This document shows positions 10,176-17,488 of a stretch of 21,474 nucleotides of DNA, one piece after another. The notes beneath the pieces are model-generated. The model ran no database searches, was not told the DNA's origin, and saw only the letters and a program-made list of their open reading frames with translations. Source of the stretch: Anaerolineae bacterium (lineage in GTDB: Bacteria > Chloroflexota > Anaerolineae > S140-20); the NCBI GenBank assembly GCA_027021705.1, contig JALUTT010000178.1, positions 1 to 21,474 on the forward strand, read 5' to 3'. The number at the start of each line of letters is the position of its first letter. Within the stretch, counting starts at the first letter, position 1. The position numbers were made by a program, and so were the translations under genes.

Positions 10176-11454
10176 CCACCCTCCGCCCATACCCCGGCTC
10201 CACCAGCACCTCGCCGTCGGCGTAGGCCAGCCGGCCCCGCAAGTAGACCCGCCGGACCCGTCCCTTCACCTCCCGGCCGGCGAAGGGCGTCCATCCGCAG
10301 CGGGTGAAGAGCCCCTCGTCGCTCAGTTGCCACCGTTCGTCCAGAGCGACCAGCGTCAGGTCGGCGTCGTAGCCGGGGGCCAGCCTCCCCTTGCGGGCCA
10401 GGCCGTAGACCCGGGCCGGCCCGCTGCTGGTCAGCCGGATCAGCGTCTCCAGTGTCAGCCGTCCTTGATGGAAGGCGGTCAGCAGGAGGGGGAGCATCGT
10501 CTCCAGGCCGGGAACGCCGGCCGGTGCCGCCTCCATCCCCTGGGCCTTCTCCTCCAGGGTGTGGGGGGCGTGGTCCGTGGCGATGCAGTCCACCCCGTCC
10601 AGGCCGGCCCACAGGGCCTCCACCTCCTCCCGCTCCCGCAGGGGCGGGTTCATCTTGCCCAGCGGCCCCAGCCGGGCCTCGTCCTCCCGGCTCAAGAAGA
10701 GGTGGTGGGGCGTCACTTCACAGGTGACGGGCAGCCCCCGGGCCTTGGCCGCCTGCACCAGGGCCAGCTCCTGGGCCGTGCTCAGGTGGCAGATGTGGAG
10801 CCGCCGCCGGGCGGCCTCGGCCAGGGTGAGGGCGCGGGCGACGGCCAGGGCCGCGCAGAGGGGCGGGCGCCGCTCCCCCTGCCGGGCGAAGTGGCGAACC
10901 GCCTCCTCGTCCTCGGCGTGGACGGCCAACACCCGGTCCGGTGGATAGGTGGTGAAGTGGGCCCACTGGGCGGCGAAGTCGGCGACCAGGAGGCTGCCGG
11001 TGCTGGCCCCCATGTAGAGCTTGAGGCCGGCGGCCTCGGGGATCTCGGCGACGAGGGCGGCGTTCTCCGGCGTGGCCCCCACCAGCAGGCCGAAGTCGCA
11101 GACCGCCTTCGCCTGGGCCAGGGCCAGCGCCCGCTCCAGCGTGGCCCGGTCGGTGAGGGGGGGATCGGTGTTGGGCATGGCCAGGACGGTGGTGACGCCG
11201 CCGGCCAGGGCGGCCCGGGTGCCGCTGGTGAAGTCCTCCTTGTGCTCGCCCCCCGGCTCCCGCAGGTGAACGTGGACGTCTATCAGGCCGGGCAGCACCA
11301 GCAGCCCGCTCACGTCTACAACCTGGGTGTCGTCGGGGGGGATGATGGCGCGGGAGACGGCGGCGATCCGCTCGTCGGCGATGAGGATCTCCATCGGGGC
11401 GGCGGTGTCCCCTTGAACGACCCAGCCGTGGCGCAGCAAGGTATATCGCGGCAT
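10162..11454 (-). CDS. pyrC: Dihydroorotase (type I, amidohydrolase fold)
   Basis: PGLIDVHVHLREPG, GGVTTV.AMPNT.P, CEVTPHHL, KMNPPLR, IATDHAPH; clustered with pyrD and pyrK. Confidence 0.92.
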   Translation of the reverse strand: MPRYTLLRHGWVVQGDTAAPMEILIADERIAAVSRAIIPPDDTQVVDVSGLLVLPGLIDVHVHLREPGGEHKEDFTSGTRAALAGGVTTVLAMPNTDPPLTDRATLERALALAQAKAVCDFGLLVGATPENAALVAEIPEAAGLKLYMGASTGSLLVADFAAQWAHFTTYPPDRVLAVHAEDEEAVRHFARQGERRPPLCAALAVARALTLAEAARRRLHICHLSTAQELALVQAAKARGLPVTCEVTPHHLFLSREDEARLGPLGKMNPPLREREEVEALWAGLDGVDCIATDHAPHTLEEKAQGMEAAPAGVPGLETMLPLLLTAFHQGRLTLETLIRLTSSGPARVYGLARKGRLAPGYDADLTLVALDERWQLSDEGLFTRCGWTPFAGREVKGRVRRVYLRGRLAYADGEVLVEPGYGRRVEIAA

Positions 11455-11471
11455 CCTTCCTCCTCACTCGG

Positions 11472-11569
11472 CGCAACAGACGGCACGCAACACGCAACAC
11501 GTTTCACGCGACACGTTTCACGCGACACGTTTCACGCGACACGTTTCACGCAACACGTTTCACGCATCA
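11472..11569. repeat. 14 heptamers, mostly alternating CGCRACA/CGTTTCA
   Basis: Exact 7-nt phasing from 11472 to 11569; the last unit supplies the TGA of the 5-FCL gene. Confidence 0.9.
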
Positions 11570-12133
11570 CCCTTCTCCGCTTCGTACCTCGCAGAGGCCG
11601 CCGGGGGTGACCAGCCAGTCCACCCGGCTGTCCCATGCCTCCACCGGCAGCCTTTCGACGAAGAGTTCGTCGTAGGTGACGCCGACGCGCAGGGCCGGCG
11701 TCGTGGGCAGGAAACGGTCGTAGTAGCCGCCGCCGAAGCCCAGTCGGTAGCCCCGCCGGTCGAAGGCGATGCCGGGGACGAGGACCAGCTCGACCTCCTC
11801 CGGCGACACGGTGGGGAGCGCCGGGTCCGGCTCCAGCATCCCGAAGGGGTGGCGGACCAGCCGCCGAGGATCGTAGGGGTGGAGCACCAGGTGGGGGGAG
11901 GGCTCCCGGGCGATGCGGGGGAGGACCCAGCGCTTGTCGGGGAAGGCGTCGAAGAGGGGCGAGAGGTCAATCTCGTTGCGGAAGGCCAGGTAGGCCATCA
12001 CCGTATGGGCCTGGGCCAGGGGGGGCCATTCGGCCAGGTGCCGACAGACGGCCCGGCTGGCCTCGGCGACCTGGGAGGGGGAGAGGCTTTCGCGTAGCGA
12101 ACGGTAGCGGCGGCGTAGGGCGGCCTTGTCCAT
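11567..12133 (-). CDS. 5-formyltetrahydrofolate cyclo-ligase
   Basis: MDKAALRR...; FGMLEP; LVLVPGIAFDRRGYRLGFGGGYYDRFL; ATG 12133 follows AGGAG. Confidence 0.93.
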   Translation of the reverse strand: MDKAALRRRYRSLRESLSPSQVAEASRAVCRHLAEWPPLAQAHTVMAYLAFRNEIDLSPLFDAFPDKRWVLPRIAREPSPHLVLHPYDPRRLVRHPFGMLEPDPALPTVSPEEVELVLVPGIAFDRRGYRLGFGGGYYDRFLPTTPALRVGVTYDELFVERLPVEAWDSRVDWLVTPGGLCEVRSGEG

Positions 12134-12147
12134 TCTCCTGCTCCCGG

Positions 12148-12981
12148 TCACCGTGTTCCCAGGGGGAGTCGCCTCCCCGTCGTCGTGCGGTGGAAGCGTC
12201 CGAAGTCGGCCACGCCCTCCAGTTGGTCCAGCGTCAGGACGGGGCCGTCCAGGCAGACCAGCAGGCCGTCCAGGGCGCACTGACCGCAGACGCCGAAGCC
12301 GCACTTCATGTAGCGCTCGACGCTTAGTTGGGCCTCCAGCCCCTCCTCGCGGGCCAGGTGGTAGAGGGCGACCAGCATCGGTTCGGGGCCGCAGCCGTAG
12401 AGGACCGGCGGCGGGTCGGCGGGGTGGTCGGCCAGGTAGGCCCGCAGGGCCTCGGTGGCGAGGCCGGGGAAGGTGGGATGGCCTTCGACGGGGCCGGAGC
12501 CGTCGTCGGTGGCCAGGAGGAGGTGGAGGGGGGCAGCCTCCTGGGCCTGGAGCTGCCGGAAACGACGGACGAAGATGAGGGCGTCGGCGGTGCGGGCTCC
12601 CAAGACGACGGTGGTGGGGATGCCGGCCTCGACGGCCCGTCGGGCCAGGAAGTAGAGGGGGGCGGCTCCGTAGCCCCCGCCGACGAGGATCGCCGGGCGG
12701 TCTGGGCGGAGCCGGAAGGGCCGGCCAAAGGGGCCGCGCCAGCCCAGGCGGTCGCCAGGCCGGCAGGCGTGCAACGCCGTGCTGAAGGGGCCGACCCGGG
12801 CCACCGTGAGCGTCAGCGGGTCGGGGTGGGCGATGCTGATGGGCTTCTCGTCCACGCCGGGCAGCCAGAGCATCACGAACTGGCCGGGCTGGGCCTCGGG
12901 CAGCCGGGCCTCCAGCACGAAGGTCTTCACCGTCGGCGTCTCTTCAACGATCTCTGTGATGGGTACGGTCTGAGGGAGCAT
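12148..12981 (-). CDS. pyrK: Dihydroorotate dehydrogenase electron transfer subunit (ORF extends to GTG 13023)
   Basis: PGQFVMLW, KPISI, GPFG, VGGGYG.APL, YGCGPEPML, ERYMKCGFGVCGQC...VC.DGPV [2Fe-2S] motif. Confidence 0.92.
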   Translation of the reverse strand: MLPQTVPITEIVEETPTVKTFVLEARLPEAQPGQFVMLWLPGVDEKPISIAHPDPLTLTVARVGPFSTALHACRPGDRLGWRGPFGRPFRLRPDRPAILVGGGYGAAPLYFLARRAVEAGIPTTVVLGARTADALIFVRRFRQLQAQEAAPLHLLLATDDGSGPVEGHPTFPGLATEALRAYLADHPADPPPVLYGCGPEPMLVALYHLAREEGLEAQLSVERYMKCGFGVCGQCALDGLLVCLDGPVLTLDQLEGVADFGRFHRTTTGRRLPLGTR

Positions 12982-12982
12982 G

Positions 12983-13012
12983 TTGGTGAGCGGGCTCCAA
13001 ATATGGTATAAT
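12983..13012 (+). promoter_or_regulatory. Extended -10 promoter for the toxin-antitoxin module
   Basis: TG-G-TATAAT at 13004-13012, about 40 nt before ATG 13054, with a weak TTGGTG -35 at 12983. Confidence 0.55.
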
Positions 13013-13053
13013 CGGGTTGTCACGCTTCTTAGGCGGTTTCAGAGGAGACACCA

Positions 13054-13566
13054 ATGACGATCCATCCCATCTACCGGGTAGTTGACTTTGAGATCGTTGG
13101 CCCGTACACGCTCCGGGTTGTGTTTGACGATGGGACGGAACAGGTCATCGCGTTCCGTCCTGTGCTGGAAGGGGCGTTGTACGGACCTTTGCAGGACGAG
13201 GAGTTGTTCAACCAGGTCGAGATTGACCCGGAGACGCACACTTTGGTTTGGCCAAATGGCGCAGACTTTGATCCTGAGACCCTGCATAATTGGCAAAGGG
13301 AGGGCAGGATGGACGAGCAACAAGCCCGTCACGAGATCACCGTCCAGGTCGTCTACGACTTTCCTGTGCTCATTGAGTACGATCCTGAAGAAGGAGTCTA
13401 CCTGGCCGATTGTCCGGCTCTACCGGGTTGCTATACCGATGGTGAGACTTACGAGGAAGCCCTGGCGAACATCCAAGACGCCATCCGCCTCTGCATCGAG
13501 TCACGCTTGGCCGTGGGGGATCCCATCCCTGTGCCCCAAGCCGTGCACGTGGGAGGCGAGACGTGA
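13054..13566 (+). CDS. DUF2442-like domain fused in frame to a HicB-family antitoxin (internal start ATG 13309)
   Basis: Residues 1-80: LRVVFDDG...F..V.ID...TLVWPNGADFDPETL (DUF2442-like). Residues 86-170: YLADCPALPGCYTDGETYEEALANIQDAI (HicB). GGGAGG precedes ATG 13309. Confidence 0.85.
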   Translation: MTIHPIYRVVDFEIVGPYTLRVVFDDGTEQVIAFRPVLEGALYGPLQDEELFNQVEIDPETHTLVWPNGADFDPETLHNWQREGRMDEQQARHEITVQVVYDFPVLIEYDPEEGVYLADCPALPGCYTDGETYEEALANIQDAIRLCIESRLAVGDPIPVPQAVHVGGET

Positions 13567-13787
13567 CCCGTCTCCCTTCGCTGAAAGCGCGGCAGGTCAT
13601 CCGGGTTCTGGAATCCATCGGGTTTGAGCGCATCCGCCAGTCGGGCAGTCACGTGACCTTTCGACATCCAGATGGACGGTGGACCATCGTCTCGGTTCAC
13701 CCGGGCAAGACGATTCCTCGAGGCACACTGCGCAAGATCATTCGGGACACGGGATTGACGGTCGAGGAGTTCCTGGAGAAGCTGTAA
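13563..13787 (+). CDS. hicA: HicA-family mRNA interferase toxin
   Basis: LESIGFERIRQSGSHVTFRH...VH...IPRGTLRKIIR with the GSH catalytic motif; GTGA overlap with the hicB stop; GGAGG RBS. Confidence 0.9.
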   Translation: MTRLPSLKARQVIRVLESIGFERIRQSGSHVTFRHPDGRWTIVSVHPGKTIPRGTLRKIIRDTGLTVEEFLEKL

Positions 13788-14714
13788 CTACAGAGCCTTA
13801 CCCCGGAATTCCTCGATCCGTTGGTAGCCGTGCCGCCGCATGTAGTCCCGAAGCTCGGCGCAGAGGCGGGGGAAGACCTCCAGCCCCTGCCAGGCGACGG
13901 CCGAACCGACCCCCACCGCCGTCGCCCCCACCAGGATCATCTCCACCACGTCCCTCCCCGTGGTCACGCCGCCGACGCCGATGACCGGCAGCTCCACCGC
14001 CCGGCAGATGTCGCGCACGCAGCGGACGGCGATGGGGTGGATGGCCGGCCCGCTGACCCCCCCCGTCCCGTGGGCCAGCACCGGTCGGGCCGTCTCGATG
14101 TCCAGCACCAGCCCCGGCCCCAGGCTGTTGATGGCCGTGATGCCGTCGGCGCCGGCGTCGGCCACCGCCCGCGCGATCTCCACGATGTCCGTCACGTTGG
14201 GCGAGAGCTTGACGAAGACGGGGATCTCCGTGTTCCGCTTCACCCGGGCCGTCACCTGGGCGGAGACGTAGGCGTTGGCGGCGAACATCTCCTCGTACTG
14301 GCTGTCCAGGTTGGGGCAGGAGATGTTGACCTCGATGAGGTCGGGTTCCGCCTCGGAGATGTAGCGGGCGATGGTGCCGAAGTCGTAGATGGTGTTGGCG
14401 AAGATGCTGGCGATGAGGGGAACGCCATAGGGGGCCAGCTTCTCCTTGGCCGCTCGGATCTCCTCGACCATCACCTCGATGCCGGGGTTGGAGAGGCCGA
14501 CGGCGTTGATCAGCCCGCCGCCCCAGTCCACGATGACGGGGTTGGGGTAGCCGGGGCGCGGCTTCAGGCTGACCGACTTGGTGGTGATGGCGCCCACGCC
14601 GATGCGGGCCAGCCGCACCCAGGTGCCGTGGCTCAGCCCCAGGATGCCGGAGGCCAGGACGGTCGGGTTGGGCAGCCGCACGCCGCACAGCTCAACGCTC
14701 AGATCGGGCTCCAT
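13788..14714 (-). CDS. pyrD: Dihydroorotate dehydrogenase, family 1B catalytic subunit
   Basis: NPTVLASG, ITTKS, INAVGLSNPG, EVNISCPN, VKLSPNVTDI, GGVSGPAI, IGVGGV; ATG 14714 follows GAGGGG. Confidence 0.94.
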   Translation of the reverse strand: MEPDLSVELCGVRLPNPTVLASGILGLSHGTWVRLARIGVGAITTKSVSLKPRPGYPNPVIVDWGGGLINAVGLSNPGIEVMVEEIRAAKEKLAPYGVPLIASIFANTIYDFGTIARYISEAEPDLIEVNISCPNLDSQYEEMFAANAYVSAQVTARVKRNTEIPVFVKLSPNVTDIVEIARAVADAGADGITAINSLGPGLVLDIETARPVLAHGTGGVSGPAIHPIAVRCVRDICRAVELPVIGVGGVTTGRDVVEMILVGATAVGVGSAVAWQGLEVFPRLCAELRDYMRRHGYQRIEEFRGKAL

Positions 14715-14718
14715 ATCC

Positions 14719-14812
14719 CCTCGCTGCCTCGTTGCCTCATCCCTCTCGTTGCCTCGCTGCCTCATTGCCCCATTGCCTCGTCGCTTCGTCGCCTCGTCGC
14801 CTCACCGCTTCT
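14719..14812. repeat. Octamer tandem array (CCTCRTYG-like)
   Basis: cctcgctg cctcgttg cctcatcc ... cctcattg ccccattg cctcgtcg cttcgtcg cctcgtcg cctcaccg. Confidence 0.8.
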
Positions 14813-15057
14813 CGACCGTAGACCTCATCGAGGTACTCGTCGTGGTGCGTGGAGATGTCGGATTGGCCGGAGCGGAATGCACCGATGATGGACAGGGCTC
14901 GTCTGTAGCGCTCTTCGGGGGGAACGGTGCCGGAGGTTTCCAGCAGCCAGTCCACGGCCTGGCGGATTAGTTCGGCGACGGAAGTGTGTCGGCGCGCGGC
15001 CAGCTCCTTCAGAGCGCGGTACTGGGTCTCCCTTAGCCGGACCTGTGTGCGGATCAT
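14737..15057 (-). CDS. CopG/ribbon-helix-helix protein, VapB-like antitoxin (orphan)
   Basis: MIRTQVRL...LKELAARRHTSVAELIRQAVD (RHH) and SDISTHHDEYL, a tail typical of PIN-toxin antitoxins; GGAGG RBS; C-terminal extension is encoded by the octamer array. Confidence 0.8.
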   Translation of the reverse strand: MIRTQVRLRETQYRALKELAARRHTSVAELIRQAVDWLLETSGTVPPEERYRRALSIIGAFRSGQSDISTHHDEYLDEVYGREAVRRRGDEATRQWGNEAARQREG

Positions 15058-15105
15058 CCCACCCTCCATCGCGTTGCCCCACTGCCTCTCTCAGGGCAAT
15101 GATAA

Positions 15106-15647
15106 GAGTGTGACCAAAATGGGTTGGAGGCGGTAGAAGCGCAACGCCCCTGCATCTTTCCCCCAACAGCCTCCGATCACGCTCGGTCCAAAAGCCCTCG
15201 GAATCACTGAAGCACTGAGGGAAGTGAAGACACTGAGCCGTCGTCCTCCATCCGTTCAATCCGTTCCCCAATCCGTTGACAGCTCGTCCGCTCCGGCCAC
15301 GGCGAGAGACACGAAGGACACCAAGAGCTCAAAGAGCACGAAGCGGTGCGAAAGGCTGGACAAGCCCTCTTGGGAGCACCACCCCCCCATCCGTTCCAAA
15401 TCCGTTCAATCCGTTCCCCAATCCGTTGACAGCTATCCGTTCCCCAATCCGTTGACAGCTTGTCCGTCCGCCAACCAAGCCCTCAGAATCACTGACGCAC
15501 TGAGGGAGGTGAAGACACTGAGCCTTGGGCAGTGCGGCCCAGGTCATTGGCAAGGCCGTGACCCGACGCCGGGGAGGGGGCGCACAACCCCTCAGTGAGC
15601 TCATTTCTTTCAGTTGCTCAGTGATTCAACAGCTTTTGGTCACGCTC
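15106..15647. mobile_element. 542-bp non-autonomous element (MITE-like) with 14-bp TIRs and a 9-bp target-site duplication
   Basis: Left end GAGTGTGACCAAAA (15106-15119); right end reverse complement GAGCGTGACCAAAA (15647-15634), 13/14 identical. CAATGATAA directly flanks both ends (15097-15105 and 15648-15656). No transposase ORF inside. Confidence 0.8.
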
Positions 15648-15649
15648 CA

Positions 15650-15678
15650 ATGATAACGCCGATGGGGCCGGTCGTCAA
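15650..15678 (-). promoter_or_regulatory. Sigma70-type promoter whose -10 box lies within the duplicated target
   Basis: Minus strand TTGACG (15678-15673), 17 nt, TATCAT (15655-15650). Confidence 0.6.
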
Positions 15679-15730
15679 CGTCTGAACCGGTAATCACCGG
15701 CGGACGTGTAGTTCCCGCGGGAACACTTCT

Positions 15731-15820
15731 CTCCGTTCAATCCGCTCTTAATCCGTTGACAGCAGTTCGTTTGGGAACGGAAGGCTGTCAGCGGATTTGA
15801 GAACGGATTGAGCGGATGGG
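15731..15820. repeat. Inverted pair of the ATCCGTT-family repeat (long imperfect hairpin)
   Basis: TCCGTTCAATCCGCTCTTAATCCGTTGACAGC ... GCTGTCAGCGGATTTGAGAACGGATTGAGCGGA. Direct copies of the left arm occur at about 15250 and 15400. Confidence 0.7.
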
Positions 15821-15882
15821 AGGCGACTGCTCCGTAAGCTGAAAGCGCCCTCGACCGGTGACCTGCGGGAGGGTACCGGGGG

Positions 15883-17367
15883 CTACGGACCGTCCAACAC
15901 CAGCGGCAGGTAGGTTTTGTATTGGAACTCGTCCGCTCCGAGGTCGGGAGCTGCGCCCACGGGCCGGGGGTCGCCGTCCACGTCGGTGGTCACCCCGGCG
16001 TCCACCCCCGCATCCACCGCCGCCGAGCCGGGGCCGATGTGGTAGTCGCCGCCGGCGGGGTCCGCGAAGGCCGGGTCGCCCCAGAGGTTGACGGTGCCGG
16101 TGACGATTGCGCCGTCGCCGCCCCAATCGGCGCCGTTGGCCCACGCCCCGCTGCCCCACAGCGTGCCCTCCAGCGTGGCCGTGCTCCCCGTCGCCACGGT
16201 GATGCCCACCGTGTGGCTGACCAGGATGGTGTTGGTCAGGGCCACGCCGGCCCCCGTGCCGACGTGGACGCCCGCGCCATCCCCGCCCCCGTTCTGCGCG
16301 ATGGTGTTGTGCAGGAGGACGGGGGAGGCATTCCCGATGTAAACGCCGGCCCCCTCCTCCTGAGCCTCGTTGTGGGCGATGACGTTGTTGTAGAGCCTGG
16401 CATCGTTGTACTGGATGATGATCCCCCCGCCCTGGCGGCCGGCCGTGTTGCTCAAGATGGTGTTCCCGGAGATGACGGCGGGCGATCCCGAGGCGACCCC
16501 GATTCCACCTCCGTAGCTCCCTCGGTTCCCCACGATGCGGTTCCCCACGATGGTGGAGGAGTCGCCGCTCAGGAAGATGGCCCCGCCGCTGCTCGTGGTG
16601 GCCTCGTTGTCCCGGAACCGATTGCCCTCCACGGTGGCGCTGCTCCACATCAGGTAGAGCCCCCCGCCGAAGTGGGCCGTGTTGCCCTGGAAGCGGCTGT
16701 GGCGGATGGTGGGGCTCTTGGAGATGGCCCGCATCCCCCCGCCCCAGGTGGCTGTGTTGCTGATGACGCGGCTCGCTTCCAGCCGGCCGTTGCTCTTGAT
16801 GAAGACGATCCCGCCCCCCGTCCCCCCTTGGACCGCGTTGCTGATGATGGTGCAGTTCCTGATGAGGACATCGGCTTGGTGCACGTAGATCCCTCCCCCG
16901 GCGTCGTAGGAGGAAAAGCCTCCCAATCCGACGGCGTTGCCGTGGGTGATGACCAGGCCGTCGAGCACCGGGGCGATGGTGCCGGTGATGTAGACCACCC
17001 GCCGCTGCCCCTCGCCGTCCAGCAGGGTGGGGTGGGCGTCGGGGTCGCGGGCCACGGGCGTGGTCGTCGTGCCGTCCCAGCCGCCGTAGAGGGTGATGCT
17101 CTTGGTGAGGGTGATGACGGCGGTGCCGGTGCCGGTGTAGGTGCCCTCGGCCAGGTAGAGGGTATCGCCGTCGTGGGCCTGGGCCAGGGCGGTCTGGAGG
17201 CTACAGGGGGCGGCCTGGGAGCAGGCGGTGCCGCTGCCGCCGGGCGAGACGAAGAGGGTGCCGGAGGCGGTGCCGGCCGCCTGCGATGCCCCGGCGAGGA
17301 GCAGCGACAACCCCGCCAGGGCCAGGCCGATGACCGCCGCGCCTAGGATGGGTGCGTGTTTGTTCAT
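15883..17367 (-). CDS. Secreted right-handed beta-helix protein with a C-terminal YLPLV motif (paralog of 7512..10094 without the PKD repeats)
   Basis: Signal peptide MNKHAPILG...ASQA; GGG(I/L)...N.A repeats; DYHIGPGSAAVDAG...DVDGDPRP...DLGADE; ends TYLPLVLDGP; AAGGAG RBS before ATG 17367. Confidence 0.85.
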   Translation of the reverse strand: MNKHAPILGAAVIGLALAGLSLLLAGASQAAGTASGTLFVSPGGSGTACSQAAPCSLQTALAQAHDGDTLYLAEGTYTGTGTAVITLTKSITLYGGWDGTTTTPVARDPDAHPTLLDGEGQRRVVYITGTIAPVLDGLVITHGNAVGLGGFSSYDAGGGIYVHQADVLIRNCTIISNAVQGGTGGGIVFIKSNGRLEASRVISNTATWGGGMRAISKSPTIRHSRFQGNTAHFGGGLYLMWSSATVEGNRFRDNEATTSSGGAIFLSGDSSTIVGNRIVGNRGSYGGGIGVASGSPAVISGNTILSNTAGRQGGGIIIQYNDARLYNNVIAHNEAQEEGAGVYIGNASPVLLHNTIAQNGGGDGAGVHVGTGAGVALTNTILVSHTVGITVATGSTATLEGTLWGSGAWANGADWGGDGAIVTGTVNLWGDPAFADPAGGDYHIGPGSAAVDAGVDAGVTTDVDGDPRPVGAAPDLGADEFQYKTYLPLVLDGP

Positions 17368-17384
17368 CTTGCTCTCCTTACGGT

Positions 17385-17470
17385 CAACGAATGCGCAACC
17401 GGCCAACGAATGCACAACGAATCGGCGAATCGTGCTGCACCCATTCGTTGATTCGCTTTCCATTCGTTGA
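17385..17470. repeat. CAACGAAT repeats followed by their inverted copies (ATTCGTTG)
   Basis: Three caacgaat units, then two cattcgttg units. Related CATTCGTG units lie at about 20834-20860, downstream of the second CLec gene. Confidence 0.65.
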
Positions 17471-17488
17471 CAACCGCCGGCACAGCGT

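Noticed and set aside
15100..15880. DGR template repeat in the long intergenic regions (also checked 20552-20927)
   Set aside because: No AAC-rich copy of the RGGSF...GFR region was found on either strand, and no RT-like ORF is recognisable in the window.
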